Positions 12,101-23,677 of a stretch of 37,102 nt of DNA are shown piece after piece; positions within the stretch are counted from its first letter, which is position 1; each line of letters begins with the position of its first letter. The stretch covers positions 1-37,102 of the forward strand of contig JAXLNO010000515.1 of the NCBI GenBank assembly GCA_038087875.1. The letters run 5' to 3'. The translations under genes and the position numbers were made by a program. The DNA is from Malacoraja senta (Eukaryota). The notes under the pieces are model-generated. The model worked only from the letters and a program-made list of their open reading frames with translations, was not told the DNA's origin and ran no database searches.

Positions 12101-15100
12101 TTCAGAGGTTGTCAACCCCGCCAAGTTCCTCCAGCACTGTATATTTACTCACGATTCAAGCATGGGGTGGCTCGTGTTGCAAAAAAAGTATGCTTTGCAA
12201 CACGAGGAATTTCATTTACCATACACTCATACCAATAAAAAGCAACAGAACAAAGTACAAACTCTTCCCTTTTTGGCCTCCCTTTGACGGGACGATCTCG
12301 ACTCCCGTAGCTGGCGGTCGGGCTGTCCGTGTCGGGGATCCTGCTTCGGGGGGTTGAATCCCAGCTCACTCGGGGTTAGCCGAACCTTTTGCGTTCTTTG
12401 GAGCTTCCCGACATCGGTCTCCACCAGAGACTGCGAGCTCCTCGATGTTGAAGAAACAAATTTGGGAAAGCCATCAATAATTGAACACATTTATCCCATT
12501 AAACTGAAGAGGGTTAGAAATAGGTACCTTATCTTCCTATGACATCCATAAAGACCAAATCCAGGAAGACATGATGCTGAAAAACCAAATTAACATAACA
12601 TTTTCAGGTTTGAAATGTTCCAACGTCCTTCTCTACAATTAGTCAAAGTGCGGGAGTAACTCAGTGGGTCGGACAGTCCTGGGTGAGAAGATTCTAGTCC
12701 ACAACGTAAAAACACTTGGACGTGTGGACAATGCCTGGAGATGTATCTCCAACCAGGACCATTGTGTCTCTGCAGTCAGGACTCCCACAAGTTGGACCGA
12801 TATTAAGGTAGTCGAATATATTTAGACTACCTTAAGAGTTTAAGGTCTGAAGAGTCCCAACCCAGAATTACCAATCCATGTTCTCCATCGATGTTGCTGC
12901 ACCCATCGAGTTGCTCCAGCACTGACACAATTTACAAGCACAGCAACACCCCAGTTACATCAAATACCCATTATATTTCACAAGTGTTCTCCCAACCTTG
13001 TTGCCCGATGCCTTACTCTTCAAGTGGACATTTAAACGTTGGATATAAACAAACACTCGGTGGTGTCCAGATGGTTAAAAACATATTTGGGAAAACTCAA
13101 CCCCCCCAGAGCTTCAGTCAAAAAAAATTAAACTCTACTTTCCCTGTAACAGGAGCCAACTACAACCAGGGAACATGGCTCTGTCCAAAGACAAAGTGCT
13201 GGAGGCATTCAGCAGTTCAGGCACAATCTGCCTGACTGCAAGTGGAATGGACAGATGACACCACAGGTCAGCAACCTTCCTCAGACTGATGAAAGAGAGT
13301 GAAAAGAGGCAGAGGCACGCAGGACAAAGCCAGCAAGTAAATAGGTGGCACACGTGAGGAGCATATGGATGGAGTGAGTGCCAAAGGCTCAAGGTGAAAG
13401 GGACAAAATGCCAAATAAGGAGAGAACGGAAATATGAAACTAGGAGAGATGGGTGGAAGGGATAGAGGGAATATGGGACTGTTTGAGAGATGAGCGTACA
13501 TGAAAGGAGTTATTATTAGTTATTATTAGTTATTATTAGTTATTATTAGTTATTATTAGTTATTGAAGGGAAGTATGCTCGTCTCTCAACTCCTTGTCCA
13601 TATTTCCCTTTTACCTTCCAACCCCACCTCACTCAGGTTTTACATTTCACAGTTCTTGTCCTTATCCAACATGGTTTATCACTTTCACCTTCAGCCTTTG
13701 GCACTTACTCCATCCATTTGCCCATCACCCACTCACCTGTAATCCACCCATCACCTGTCAGGCAGTGCCCAACCCCCACCTCATTTCCAGCTCTCCCCCG
13801 TATTTCAGACAGAGAGCTCCCGACCCGATTAGTCATCTGTCCATTTCTTCAGAGGTTGTCAACCCCGCCAAGTTCCTCCAGCACTGTATATTTACTCACG
13901 ATTCAAGCATGGGGTGGCTCGTGTTGCAAAAAAAGTATGCTTTGCAACACGAGGAATTTCATTTACCATACACTCATACCAATAAAAAGCAACAGAACAA
14001 AGTACAAACTCTTCCCTTTTTGGCCTCCCTTTGACGGGACGATCTCGACTCCCGTAGCTGGCGGTCGGGCTGTCCGTGTCGGGGATCCTGCTTCGGGGGG
14101 TTGAATCCCAGCTCACTCGGGGTTAGCCGAACCTTTTGCGTTCTTTGGAGCTTCCCGACATCGGTCTCCACCAGAGACTGCGAGCTCCTCGATGTTGAAG
14201 AAACAAATTTGGGAAAGCCATCAATAATTGAACACATTTATCCCATTAAACTGAAGAGGGTTAGAAATAGGTACCTTATCTTCCTATGACATCCATAAAG
14301 ACCAAATCCAGGAAGACATGATGCTGAAAAACCAAATTAACATAACCTTTTCAGGTTTGAAATGTTCCAACGTCCTTCTCTACAATTAGTCAAAGTGCGG
14401 GAGTAACTCAGTGGGTCGGACAGTCCTGGGTGAGAAGATTCTAGTCCACAACGTAAAAACACTTGGACGTGTGGACAATGCCTGGAGATGTATCTCCAAC
14501 CAGGACCATTGTGTCTCTGCAGTCAGGACTCCCACAGGTTGGACCGATATTAAGGTAGTCGAATATATTTAGACTACCTTAAGAGTTTAAGGTCTGAAGA
14601 CTCCCAACCCAGAATTACCAATCCATGTTCTCCAGCGATGTTGCTGCACCCATCGAGTTGCTCCAGCACTGACACAATTTACAAGCACAGCAACACCCCA
14701 GTTACATCAAATACCCATTATATTTCACAAGTGTTCTCCCAACCTTGTTGCCCGATGCCTTACTCTTCACGTGGACATTTAAACGTTGGATATAAACAAA
14801 CACTCGGTGGTGTCCAGATGGTTAAAAACATATTTGGGAAAACTCAACCCCCCCAGAGCTTCAGTCAAAAAAAATTAAACTCTACTTTCCCTGTAACAGG
14901 AGCCAACTACAACCAGGGAACATGGCTCTGTCCAAAGACAAAGTGCTGGAGGCATTCAGCAGTTCAGGCACAATCTGCCTGACTGCAAGTGGAATGGACA
15001 GATGACACCACAGGTCAGCAACCTTCCTCAGACTGATGAAAGAAAGTGAAAAGAGGCAGAGGCACGCAGGACAAAGCCAGCAAGTAAATAGGTGGCACAC

Positions 15101-18100
15101 GTGAGGAGCATATGGATGGAGTGAGTGCCAAAGGCTCAAGGTGAAAGGGACAAAATGCCAAATAAGGAGAGAACGAAAATATGAAACTAGGAGAGATGGG
15201 TGGAAGGGATAGAGGGAATATGGGACTGACAGATGAGCGTACAAGAAAGGATTCGTTATTATTCGTTATTATTTGTATTTAGTTATTATTCGTATTTAGT
15301 TATTATTAGTATTTAGTTATTATTCGTATTTAGTTAGTACTTAGTTAATGAAGGGAAGTATGCTCGTCTCTAAACTCCTTGTCCATATTTCCCTTTTACC
15401 TTCCAACCCCACCTCACTCTGGTTTTACATTTCACAGTTCTTGTCCTTATCCAACATGGTTTATCACTTTCACCTTCAGCCTTTGGCACTTATTCCATCC
15501 ATTTGCCCATGACCCACTCACCTGTAATCCACCCATCACCTGTCAGGCAGTGCCCAACCCCCACCTCATTTCCAGCTCTCCCCCGTATTTCAGACAGAGA
15601 GCTCCCGACCCGATTAGTCATCTGTCCATTTCTTCAGAGGTTGTCAACCCCGCCAAGTTCCTCCAGCACTGTATATTTACTCATGATTCAAGCATGGGGT
15701 GGCTCGTATTGCCAGAAAAGTATGCTTTGCAACACGAGGAATTTCATTTACCATACACTCATACCAATAAAAAGCAACAGAACAAAGTACAAACTCTTCC
15801 CTTTTTGGCCTCCCTTTGACGGGACGATCTCGACTCCCGTAGCTGGCGGTCAGGCTGTCCGTGTCGGGGATCCTGCATCGGGGGGTTGAATCCCAGCTCA
15901 CTCGGGGTTAGCTGAACCTTTCGCGTTCTTTGGAGCTTCCCGACATCGGTCTCCACCAGAGACTGCGAGCTCCTCGATGTTGAAGAAACAAATTTGGGAA
16001 AGCCATCAATAATTGAACACATTTATCCCATTAAACTGAAGAGGGTTAGAAATAGGTACCTTATCTTCCTATGACATCCATAAAGACCAAATCCAGGAAG
16101 ACATGATGCTGAAAAATCAAATTAACATAACATTTTCAGGTTTGAAATGTTCCAACGTCCTTCTCTACAATTAGTCAAAGTGCGGGAGTAACTCAGTGGG
16201 TCGGACAGTCCTGGGTGAGAAGATTCTAGTCCACAACGTAAAAACACTTGGACGTGTGGACAATGCCTGGAGATGTATCTCCAACCAGGACCATTGTGTC
16301 TCTGCAGTCAGGACTCCCACAGGTTGGACCGATATTAAGGTAGTCGAATATATTTAGACTACCTTAAGAGTTTAAGGTCTGAAGACTCCCAACCCAGAAT
16401 TACCAATCCATGTTCTCCAGCGATGTTGCTGCACCCATCGAGTTGCTCCAGCACTGACACAATTTACAAGCACAGCAACACCCCAGTTACATCAAATACC
16501 CATTATATTTCACAAGTGTTCTCCCAACCTTGTTGCCCGATGCCTTACTCTTCACGTGGACATTTAAACGTTGGATATAAACAAACACTCAGTGGTGTCC
16601 AGATGGTTAAAAACATATTTGGGAAAACTCAACCCCCCCAGAGCTTCAGTCAAAAAAAAATTAAACTCTACTTTCCCTGTAACAGGAGCCAACTACAACC
16701 AGGGAACATGGCTCTGTCCAAAGACAAAGTGCTGGAGGCATTCAGCAGTTCAGGCACAATCTGCCTGACTGCAAGTGGAATGGACAGATGACACCACAGG
16801 TCAGCAACCTTCCTCAGACTGATGAAAGAGAGTGAAAAGAGGCAGAGGCACGCGGGACAAAGCCAGCAAGTAAATAGGTGGCACAGGTGAGGAGCATATG
16901 GATGGAGTGAGTGCCAAAGGCTCAAGGTGAAAGGGACAAAATGCCAAATAAGGAGAGAACGGAAATATGAAACTAGGAGAGATGGGTGGAAGGGATAGAG
17001 GGTATATGGGACTTTGAGAGATGAGCGTACAAGAAAGGACTTATTAGTTATTATTAGTATTTAGTTATTATTAGTATTTAGTTATTATTAGTATTTAGTT
17101 ATTACTTAGTTAATGAAGGGAAGTATGCTCGTCTCTAAACTCCTTGTCCATATTTCCCTTTTACCTTCCAACCCCACCTCACTCTGGTTTTACATTTCAA
17201 AGTTCTTGTCCTTATCCAACATGGTTTATCACTTTCACCTTCAGCCTTTGGCACTTACTCCATCCATTTGCCCATGACCCACTCACTTGTAATCCACCCA
17301 TCACCAGTGCCCAACCCCCACCTCATTTCCAGCTCTCCCCCGTATTTCAGACAGAGAGCTCCCGACCCGATAAGTCATCTGTCCATTTCTTCAGAGGTTG
17401 TCAACCCCGCCAAGTTCCTCCAGCACTGTATATTTACTCACAATTCAAACATGGGGTGCGTCGTGTTGCAAAAAAAAAGTATGCTTTGCAACAGGAGGCA
17501 TTTCATTTACCATACACTCATACCAATAAAAAGCAACCGAACACAAAGTTCAAACTCTTCCCTTCTTTGGTCTCCGCGGTCTGGGACCTCGAGCCTTCCG
17601 TTGATGGCATGATCTTGACTCCCGTAGACGACGGTCGGGCCGGCCGTGTCGGGGGTCCTGCATCGGGGGGTTGAATCCCAGCTCACTCGGGGTCTAGTCG
17701 AACCTTTTGCGTTCTTTAGAGCTTCCCGAGATCAGTCTCTACCAGAGACTGCGAGCTCCTATATGTTGAAGAAACAAATTTTGAAAAGCCATCAATAATT
17801 TATCCCATTAAACTGAAGAGGGTTAGAAGTAGGTACCTTACCTTACTATGACATCCATAAAGACCAAATCCAGGGAGACGATGCTGAAAAATCAAATTAA
17901 CATAACATTTTATTGTTTGAAATGTTCCAACGTCCTTCTCTACAATTAGACACAGTGTAGGCGTAACTCAGTGGGTCGGACAGCCCTGGGTGAGAAGATT
18001 CTAGTCCTCAAGGTAAAAACACTTGGACATGTGGACAATGCTTGGAGATGTATCTCCAACAAGAACCATTGTGGCTCTACAGTCAGGACTCATGCAGGTT

Positions 18101-18341
18101 GGACCAATATTAAGGTAATCTAATACATTTAGACTAAAATTCTTAAGGGTCTGAAGAGTCCCAACCCAGAATTACCAATCCATATTCTCCAGTGATGTTG
18201 CTGGACCCATCGAGTAGCTCCAGCACTTACTTGCAATTTACAAGCACAGTAAACACCCCAGTTACCCCATCATACACACATTAAATTTCACAAGTTTTCT
18301 CCCAACCTTGTTACCCGATGCCATACTCTTCACCTGGACAT

Positions 18342-18580
18342 AGCCTCCTCCTGCACCTATTTTCTATGTTTCTATGTCACCTCCCCATGTTCTCCACAGA
18401 TGCTGCCCGACTCCCACTGAGTTACTCCAGCACTCTGTGAAACGTCACCTATCCATGTTCTCCACAGATGCAGGCTAACCCCTACTGAGTTACTCCAGCA
18501 CTCTGTGAACCATTACCTAACCATGTTCTCCAGAGATGCTGAATTTGACCCACTGAGTTACTCCAGCACTCCGTGTCTTT
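18342..18580 (+). repeat. CR1 3' tail fragment plus ~3.5 tandem ~61-bp Penelope pLTR-like repeats
   Basis: CTCCTGCACCTATTTTCTATGTTTCTATG followed by repeats of GTCACCTATCCATGTTCTCCACAGATGC..CTGAGTTACTCCAGCACTCTGT; a similar cluster lies at 20869-21010. Confidence 0.8.
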
Positions 18581-18589
18581 TGAGCAAGA

Positions 18590-19210
18590 GTACCCAAATA
18601 TCTTTACAATTATCTGTACAACAGTCTGTCCAGTCCAAAGCTCAATGAATGACCACTCCATACAGATTCCTTTCACCTCAAAGTCCTTCATAAGAATTCA
18701 TAATAAACAAGCTTTGATTAGGGTAGTTAACATTAACCATTTCACACGTGGTTAACAACTAGTTCACATTAACTTTCCTCAACCAAGTACAATGTAGAAC
18801 CACTTTAAATTCCTTGCTGTCTTCTTAACCATAACAATTAGTCATCAACTGAAAACCAGTCTTTGTAAAGTGCCGCAATTAAAACACAATTGGACATCTA
18901 TCCAGGAGACAAATTCATTCTTGCCACTGCCTTCCTGAAATAAATGGAACCTCAACAACAATTCTTGGCAAAATCCTCATAAATCTTGACTGCACCCTTT
19001 CCAAGGGTCTCCAAACATTGGAGACCAATCAAATCGGGAAATTTTATACATCCTTACTCTAATCCACAGCAGACCAATAGTTCCAAATTACTGGGCTCAC
19101 AGTAAGATACCCCTCAGTCCTCGTCGGCCCAATATTCTACATTATCCCTGCATTTGTTCCACATTGTGCATCAATCAATAAAAAGTTATCACTGATCAGC
19201 ATAGAACATT
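18590..19210 (+). pseudogene. Probable C-terminal relic of a Penelope-like ORF (RT thumb, linker and degenerate GIY-YIG) continuing array copy 8
   Basis: Weak motif matches: LHK.S/HNKQALIRVV, ATAFLK..FLAKS, and FYII-C-ICSTLCINQ (resembling N.VY.I.C..C..LYIG). The block 19126-19203 recurs at 21211-21297. Confidence 0.55.
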
Positions 19211-19273
19211 AAAATGTAGAAACATTTAAAGGTAGAAACAAAGAACTGCAAATGCTAGTTGTATATATATATA

Positions 19274-19625
19274 CTAGACTAAGAGCAGACCCGTTGGGTC
19301 TGGACTCCGAAAGTGCTTCAGACCCGGGGGTCTGGTTTCCGAAAGTGCCTCAGCTAAAGAAAAAAAAATAGCGGCAGCAACCGTTATGGTGGCTGGCCAG
19401 CAGGAGACGACAAAATGAGTGAGTGGGGGGGGGGAGAAGGGTTTTATTAAAAATGTCTACATAAACACGACAAAATTTAATCAGGAGTGGATACTTGGAA
19501 TGAAAAGTGAAATCTCTACCGAAACGGAAAAAATCTCGGCGTTTCTGCGTGTGTTGGCGTAGCAACGAATCAAAGGAAGGCTGGCACCCACAAGACAGGC
19601 AGAAACAGTTCTAAATATAGATAGA
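19274..19625 (-). mobile_element. Non-autonomous Helitron
   Basis: The minus strand starts TCTAT and ends CTAG followed by T. A 7-bp-stem hairpin CAGACCC-GTT-GGGTCTG (19286-19302) lies 8 nt from the CTAG. It sits in AT-rich low-complexity sequence with no TSD. Confidence 0.75.
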
Positions 19626-19727
19626 TATATCCATATCTATCTATCCATCTATATTTATATCCATATCTATCTATATTTATATCCATATCTATATTTATAC
19701 TTATATCCATCCATATATTAAACATTT

Positions 19728-19820
19728 TGAGCGTGAGAACTTCTGTCATCAGCGTGAGAGCTTGAGAATTTCGTCAAATGCTTGATTCTCATGCTCAATG
19801 CGTGAGAGTTAGCAGCCCTG
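19728..19820 (-). mobile_element. hAT-like DNA transposon end fragment
   Basis: The minus strand begins CAGGGCTGCTAACTCTCACGCATTGAGC with reiterated GCGTGAGA subterminal motifs. Recognised by resemblance only. Confidence 0.45.
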
Positions 19821-20611
19821 CATTCACCCATAAACCTCCCTCTGGCTTAATCTTCCACACCTCGATCCTTCTTATCCAACATGTTTTATCACTTTCACCT
19901 CTGGCCTTTGTCACTTATTCCATCCATCTGCCAACCACCCACCCCCACATGCCAGGCTTTGTCCCACCCCCACTTACCATCTTTCTCCCCCTACTCCAGT
20001 CTGAAGGTTTCCAACCCAAAATGCCATCTGTCTATTTCCCCCACAGATGCTGCCTGACCCTCAAAGTTCCTCCAGCACTTCTGCTCAACATTCCAGCACC
20101 CTGAAATACAAGGAACGTGACCACAAAGCAATTAGGAAAAGATAGTTAATCTTTCTCAAAGATTTATCCCAATTGAAACCACGAGAAGGTCTAAACAAGG
20201 GCCTTATCTTCATACCATCTCCACAAAGACTAGATTAGATTGGCTTGGTTATCAATTTAATGATTGAAATCTCCTGACATCCTTGATCACACCCTCTATC
20301 ACAAGCAGTACTTGGAACAGCAAGTTGACAAAGCCCATCTATCACAAACCATAGAAAATTGGGGACATTAGAAGATCTCCAAAGACCTTAGCTAATCAAC
20401 CAGAAACAAGTAGTGTAACTGTAGAGGGAGAAACAGCAGCAGGTGAGAAGATTCTACATTCACCTCAAAATATCAAACACTGGCTGGACAGGGCCTGGAA
20501 AAATAACTCTAGGCCCAATGTTACAAGGTCAGTTTATCATCACATGTACCAATTAAAGTACAGTGAAATTCTAATGTCTGCAGTAGTGAATTCTACAGTA
20601 GAAGAATAATT

Positions 20612-20665
20612 GGGGTGGGAGATTGCAACCTTCACCTGGTCCGCCCTGTTTCGATGAATGCAATC
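20612..20665 (+). ncRNA. Minimal HDV/CPEB3-like ribozyme fold (catalytic C changed to T, likely inactive)
   Basis: P1 GGGGTGG/CCGCCCT with a G.U pair at position 1, P2 GATTGCA/TGCAATC, P3 ACC/GGT, L3 TTCACCT, J1/4 GT, very short P4 (TTCGA) and J4/2 TGAA. Confidence 0.8.
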
Positions 20666-20734
20666 AACCCGGCGTGCACAATCAAATAGAACAAGTTGTC
20701 CAACAACTTTATGCTGTGCACGTCATACGCAAAA
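20612..20734 (+). mobile_element. Short retroposon (~123 bp) with an HDV-like ribozyme head, copy 1
   Basis: TSD AGAAGAATAATT(G) at 20600-20612 and 20735-20747; (AAG)-type tail; near-identical to 35858-35982. Confidence 0.9.
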
Positions 20735-21752
20735 AGAAGAATAATTGACTATTTTCATAATAAAACTGGCACAGCAACATGCCAGCTATATCAAAGACAA
20801 CAGTTCACACAAACAGTGAACCCCTCACAGAGTTGCCCACCAAACCTGTACTCTTTACTATGGGCATCCTGCCTGACCCGCTGAGTTACTCCAGCACTCT
20901 GTGAAACATCACCTATCCACATTCTCCACAGATGCTGCCTGACCCACTGAGTTACTCCTGCACTTTATGACTTTTTGTTTGTAAACCAGCATCTACAGTT
21001 CCTTGATTTTCATCCCAAATCTTCCCTGGTTTCAGGGCTTTTACAAACTTTGGCATCGATACAATGGGTGCATTACAGGGAAAGGAAACAGATCACAGAC
21101 CAATAAGGAACCATTTTGCAGTAAAGAGAACAATTATATCTAATTTGTAGGAGCAGACTTATTACTCCGTCACTTGGTTCACATTAAGAATGCCGCTCGG
21201 GTCTCTTCAACCCAATATTCTACATTATCCCTGCATCTGTTCCAGCTTCTTGTTCCACATTGTGCATCAATCATTAACAATTATCGCTGATCAACATTTT
21301 ATTGCAGATAGACAAAGTGCTTGAGTAACTCAGCGGGTCAGGCAACATCGCTGGAGGCAAAGGATGTGATATTTTGGGTAAGAACCCTTTTGTTCCATCC
21401 CAAAGTCTCTTGTTTCTCCAGAGATGCTGCCTGGCCCACTGAATTACTCCAGCAATGTGTCTATGTTTGGTATAAACCAGCATCTGCAGTTCCTTGTTTC
21501 TACATCAACCAGATTTAATTTCAGTTGTGATAAGGTTAGGGCATCATTACTTTAATAAAGATACATCCTTTTATTCTGACACTGGAACCCTCTGGTCCGA
21601 GACACTCCCACTAGTGGAAATATCCATTTAGTTCTGAGATACAGCACAGAAACATCACAATTCCAATTTCACCAGAAAAAAACAATATTTAAAAACCCTG
21701 CACACAAAGACAGACTCCCGGTCTCTACACTGAGCACTGCTCCCGACAACAG

Positions 21753-21922
21753 CTCAGGACCACTGCTTCCATCCATAGCCCAGGCCCACTGCTGCCATCC
21801 ATAGCCCAGGACCACTGCTCCCATCCATAGCCCAGGACCACTGCTCCCATCCATAGCCCAGGACCACTGCTCCCATCCATAGCCCAGGACCACTGCTCCC
21901 ATCCACAGTCCAGGACAACTGC
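21753..21922. repeat. 26-bp minisatellite (CCCAGGACCACTGCTCCCATCCATAG) x ~6.5
   Basis: Direct tandem units visible in the sequence. Confidence 0.92.
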
Positions 21923-22052
21923 ACTCAGGCACTCTCACAACTCCACCTTTTATACACAGGAGCTGATAATTTTCTAACCAGCTCCAATCAAGCCAATTAT
22001 CACATTCAACCTTCGCCCACCAGTGGCCAATCAATGTTTGTTGCACACATCA

Positions 22053-23323
22053 TGATATGCAAAGGCTACTGGGGAGACTTTAAACTAGAATGGTTGGAGG
22101 GAGGGACTCAAATAGAGAAAGCTATTAGACAGTGTGTGAGGCAGGAGGCAGAGAAGGAAAGCACTCAGACCCAACATGTAGGGGGGAAAGAAGAAAACAA
22201 TAATAAACAGAGAATAAGAGGTGGTGGGGTTCTTAAATGGGTGAGCAGAGAAACAGAGGGGTGTAAAATGCGGGCGGAAGCAATAGGTAGCAAGGTGAAA
22301 AGTAAAAGTGGCAGGCAGACAAATCCAGGGCAAAAATCAAAAAGAGCCACTTTTCAACATAATTGTATAAGGGGTAAGAGCGTTGTAAAAACAAGCCTGA
22401 AGGCTTTCTGTCTCAATGCAAGGAGCATTCTTAATAAGGTGGATGAGTTGAACGTGCAGATAGCCATTAATGATTATGATATAGTTGGGATCACGGAGAC
22501 ATGGCTCCAGGGTGACCAAGGCTGGGAGCTGAACATCCAGGGATATTCAATATTCATGAGGGATAGAGAGAAAGGAAAAGGAGGTGGGGTAGAGTTGCTG
22601 GTTAGAGAGGAGATTAACGCACTGGAAAGGAAAGACATTAGCTTGGAGGATGTGGAATCGGTATGGGTAGAGCTGCGAAACACTAAGGGGCAGAAAACGC
22701 TGGTGGGTGTTGTGTACAGGCCACCTAGCAGTAGTAGTGAAGTTGGGGATGGCATCAAACAGGAAATTAGAAATGCGTGCAACAAAGGCAAAACAGTTAT
22801 AATGGGTGACTTCAATCTACATATAGATTGGGTGAATCAAATTGGCAGGGATGCTGAGGAAGAGGATTTCTTGGAATGTATGCGGGATAGTTATCTAAAC
22901 CAACATGTAGAGGAACCAACGAGAGAGCAGGCTATTCTAGGCTGGGTATTGAGTAATGAGGAAGGGTTAGTTACCAGTCTTGTTGTGCGTGCCCCCTTGG
23001 GCAAGAGTGACCATAATATGGTTGAGTTCTTCATTAGGATGGAGAGTGACATTGTTAATTCAGAAACAACAGTTCTGAACTTAAAGAAAGGTAACTTTGA
23101 GGGTATGAGACATGAATTGGCCAAGATTGACTGGCAATTAGTCCTAAAAGGGTTGACGGTGGATATGCAATGGAAGGCATTTAAAGACTGCATGGATGAA
23201 CTACAAAATTTGTTCATCCCAGTTTGGCAAAAGAATAAATCAGGGAAGGTAGTGCATCCGTGGATAACAAGGGAAATCAGGGATAGTATCAAAGCAAAAG
23301 ATGATGCGTACAAATTAGCCAGA
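22053..23323 (+). mobile_element. Internal CR1 fragment (ORF1 end, spacer and AP endonuclease), truncated at both ends
   Basis: Near-identical to 24573-25843 (offset 2520). APE motifs CLNARS, ITETW, VYRPP, MGDFN and SDHN are present in the 22034-23404 ORF. Confidence 0.95.
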
Positions 23324-23511
23324 GGGAGGAGCTACACACGACCGGTAGGAGTTAAAAAGGAGCGCGGGGCTTGCTTGTTCCTTACAGAGAACCGAAATCT
23401 GTAACGTTCCAAGTTCCACTTCAAAAACAAGTGGGTTTGTGGAAGCCGCTGATTGGTGGACGCAGACAAGAGGGAGCAGCTGATTGGGAGTCAGATCCCT
23501 GCTGATTGTAC

Positions 23512-23651
23512 TGTATTGTAGCAGTTTGTTTTGTATTGTAGCAGTTTGTTTTGTATTGTAGCAGTTTGTTTTGTATTGTAGCAGTTTGTTTTGTATTGTA
23601 GCAGTTTGTTTTGTATTGTAGCAGTTTGTTTTGTATTGTAGCAGTTTGTTT
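23512..23651 (+). repeat. 7 x 20-bp tandem repeat TGTATTGTAGCAGTTTGTTT in the CR1 5' UTR
   Basis: Perfect 20-bp period. Confidence 0.95.
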
Positions 23652-23677
23652 TATATTCTATCCAGGGTAAGGGGAGT

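Larger units (their letters stand above)
4341..18341. repeat. Subtelomeric macrosatellite: 8 head-to-tail copies of a ~1.75-kb unit
   Basis: Unit starts at 4341, 6118, 7885, 9633, 11380, 13127, 14874 and 16660 (lengths 1777, 1767, 1748, 1747, 1747, 1747, 1786). Copies 1-6 are nearly identical, copy 7 is mildly diverged and copy 8 is more diverged. Confidence 0.98.
20140..21300 (+). mobile_element. Decayed Penelope-like element (copy C), preceded by pLTR-like sequence at ~19830-20100
   Basis: IVNLSQRF (from 20142), LNKGLIFIPSP (20191-20223), AQQHASYIKD (20769-20798) and LFTMGI (20851-20868). DNA at 20264-20344 resembles 2044-2123. Confidence 0.85.

Noticed and set aside
4233..17674. Recurrent short ORFs (146, 128, 114, 87, 85, 77 aa and others) as a tandem gene family
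   Set aside because: They overlap on both strands, mostly lack ATG starts, cross transposon boundaries and are frameshifted in unit 8. Their identity reflects DNA duplication.
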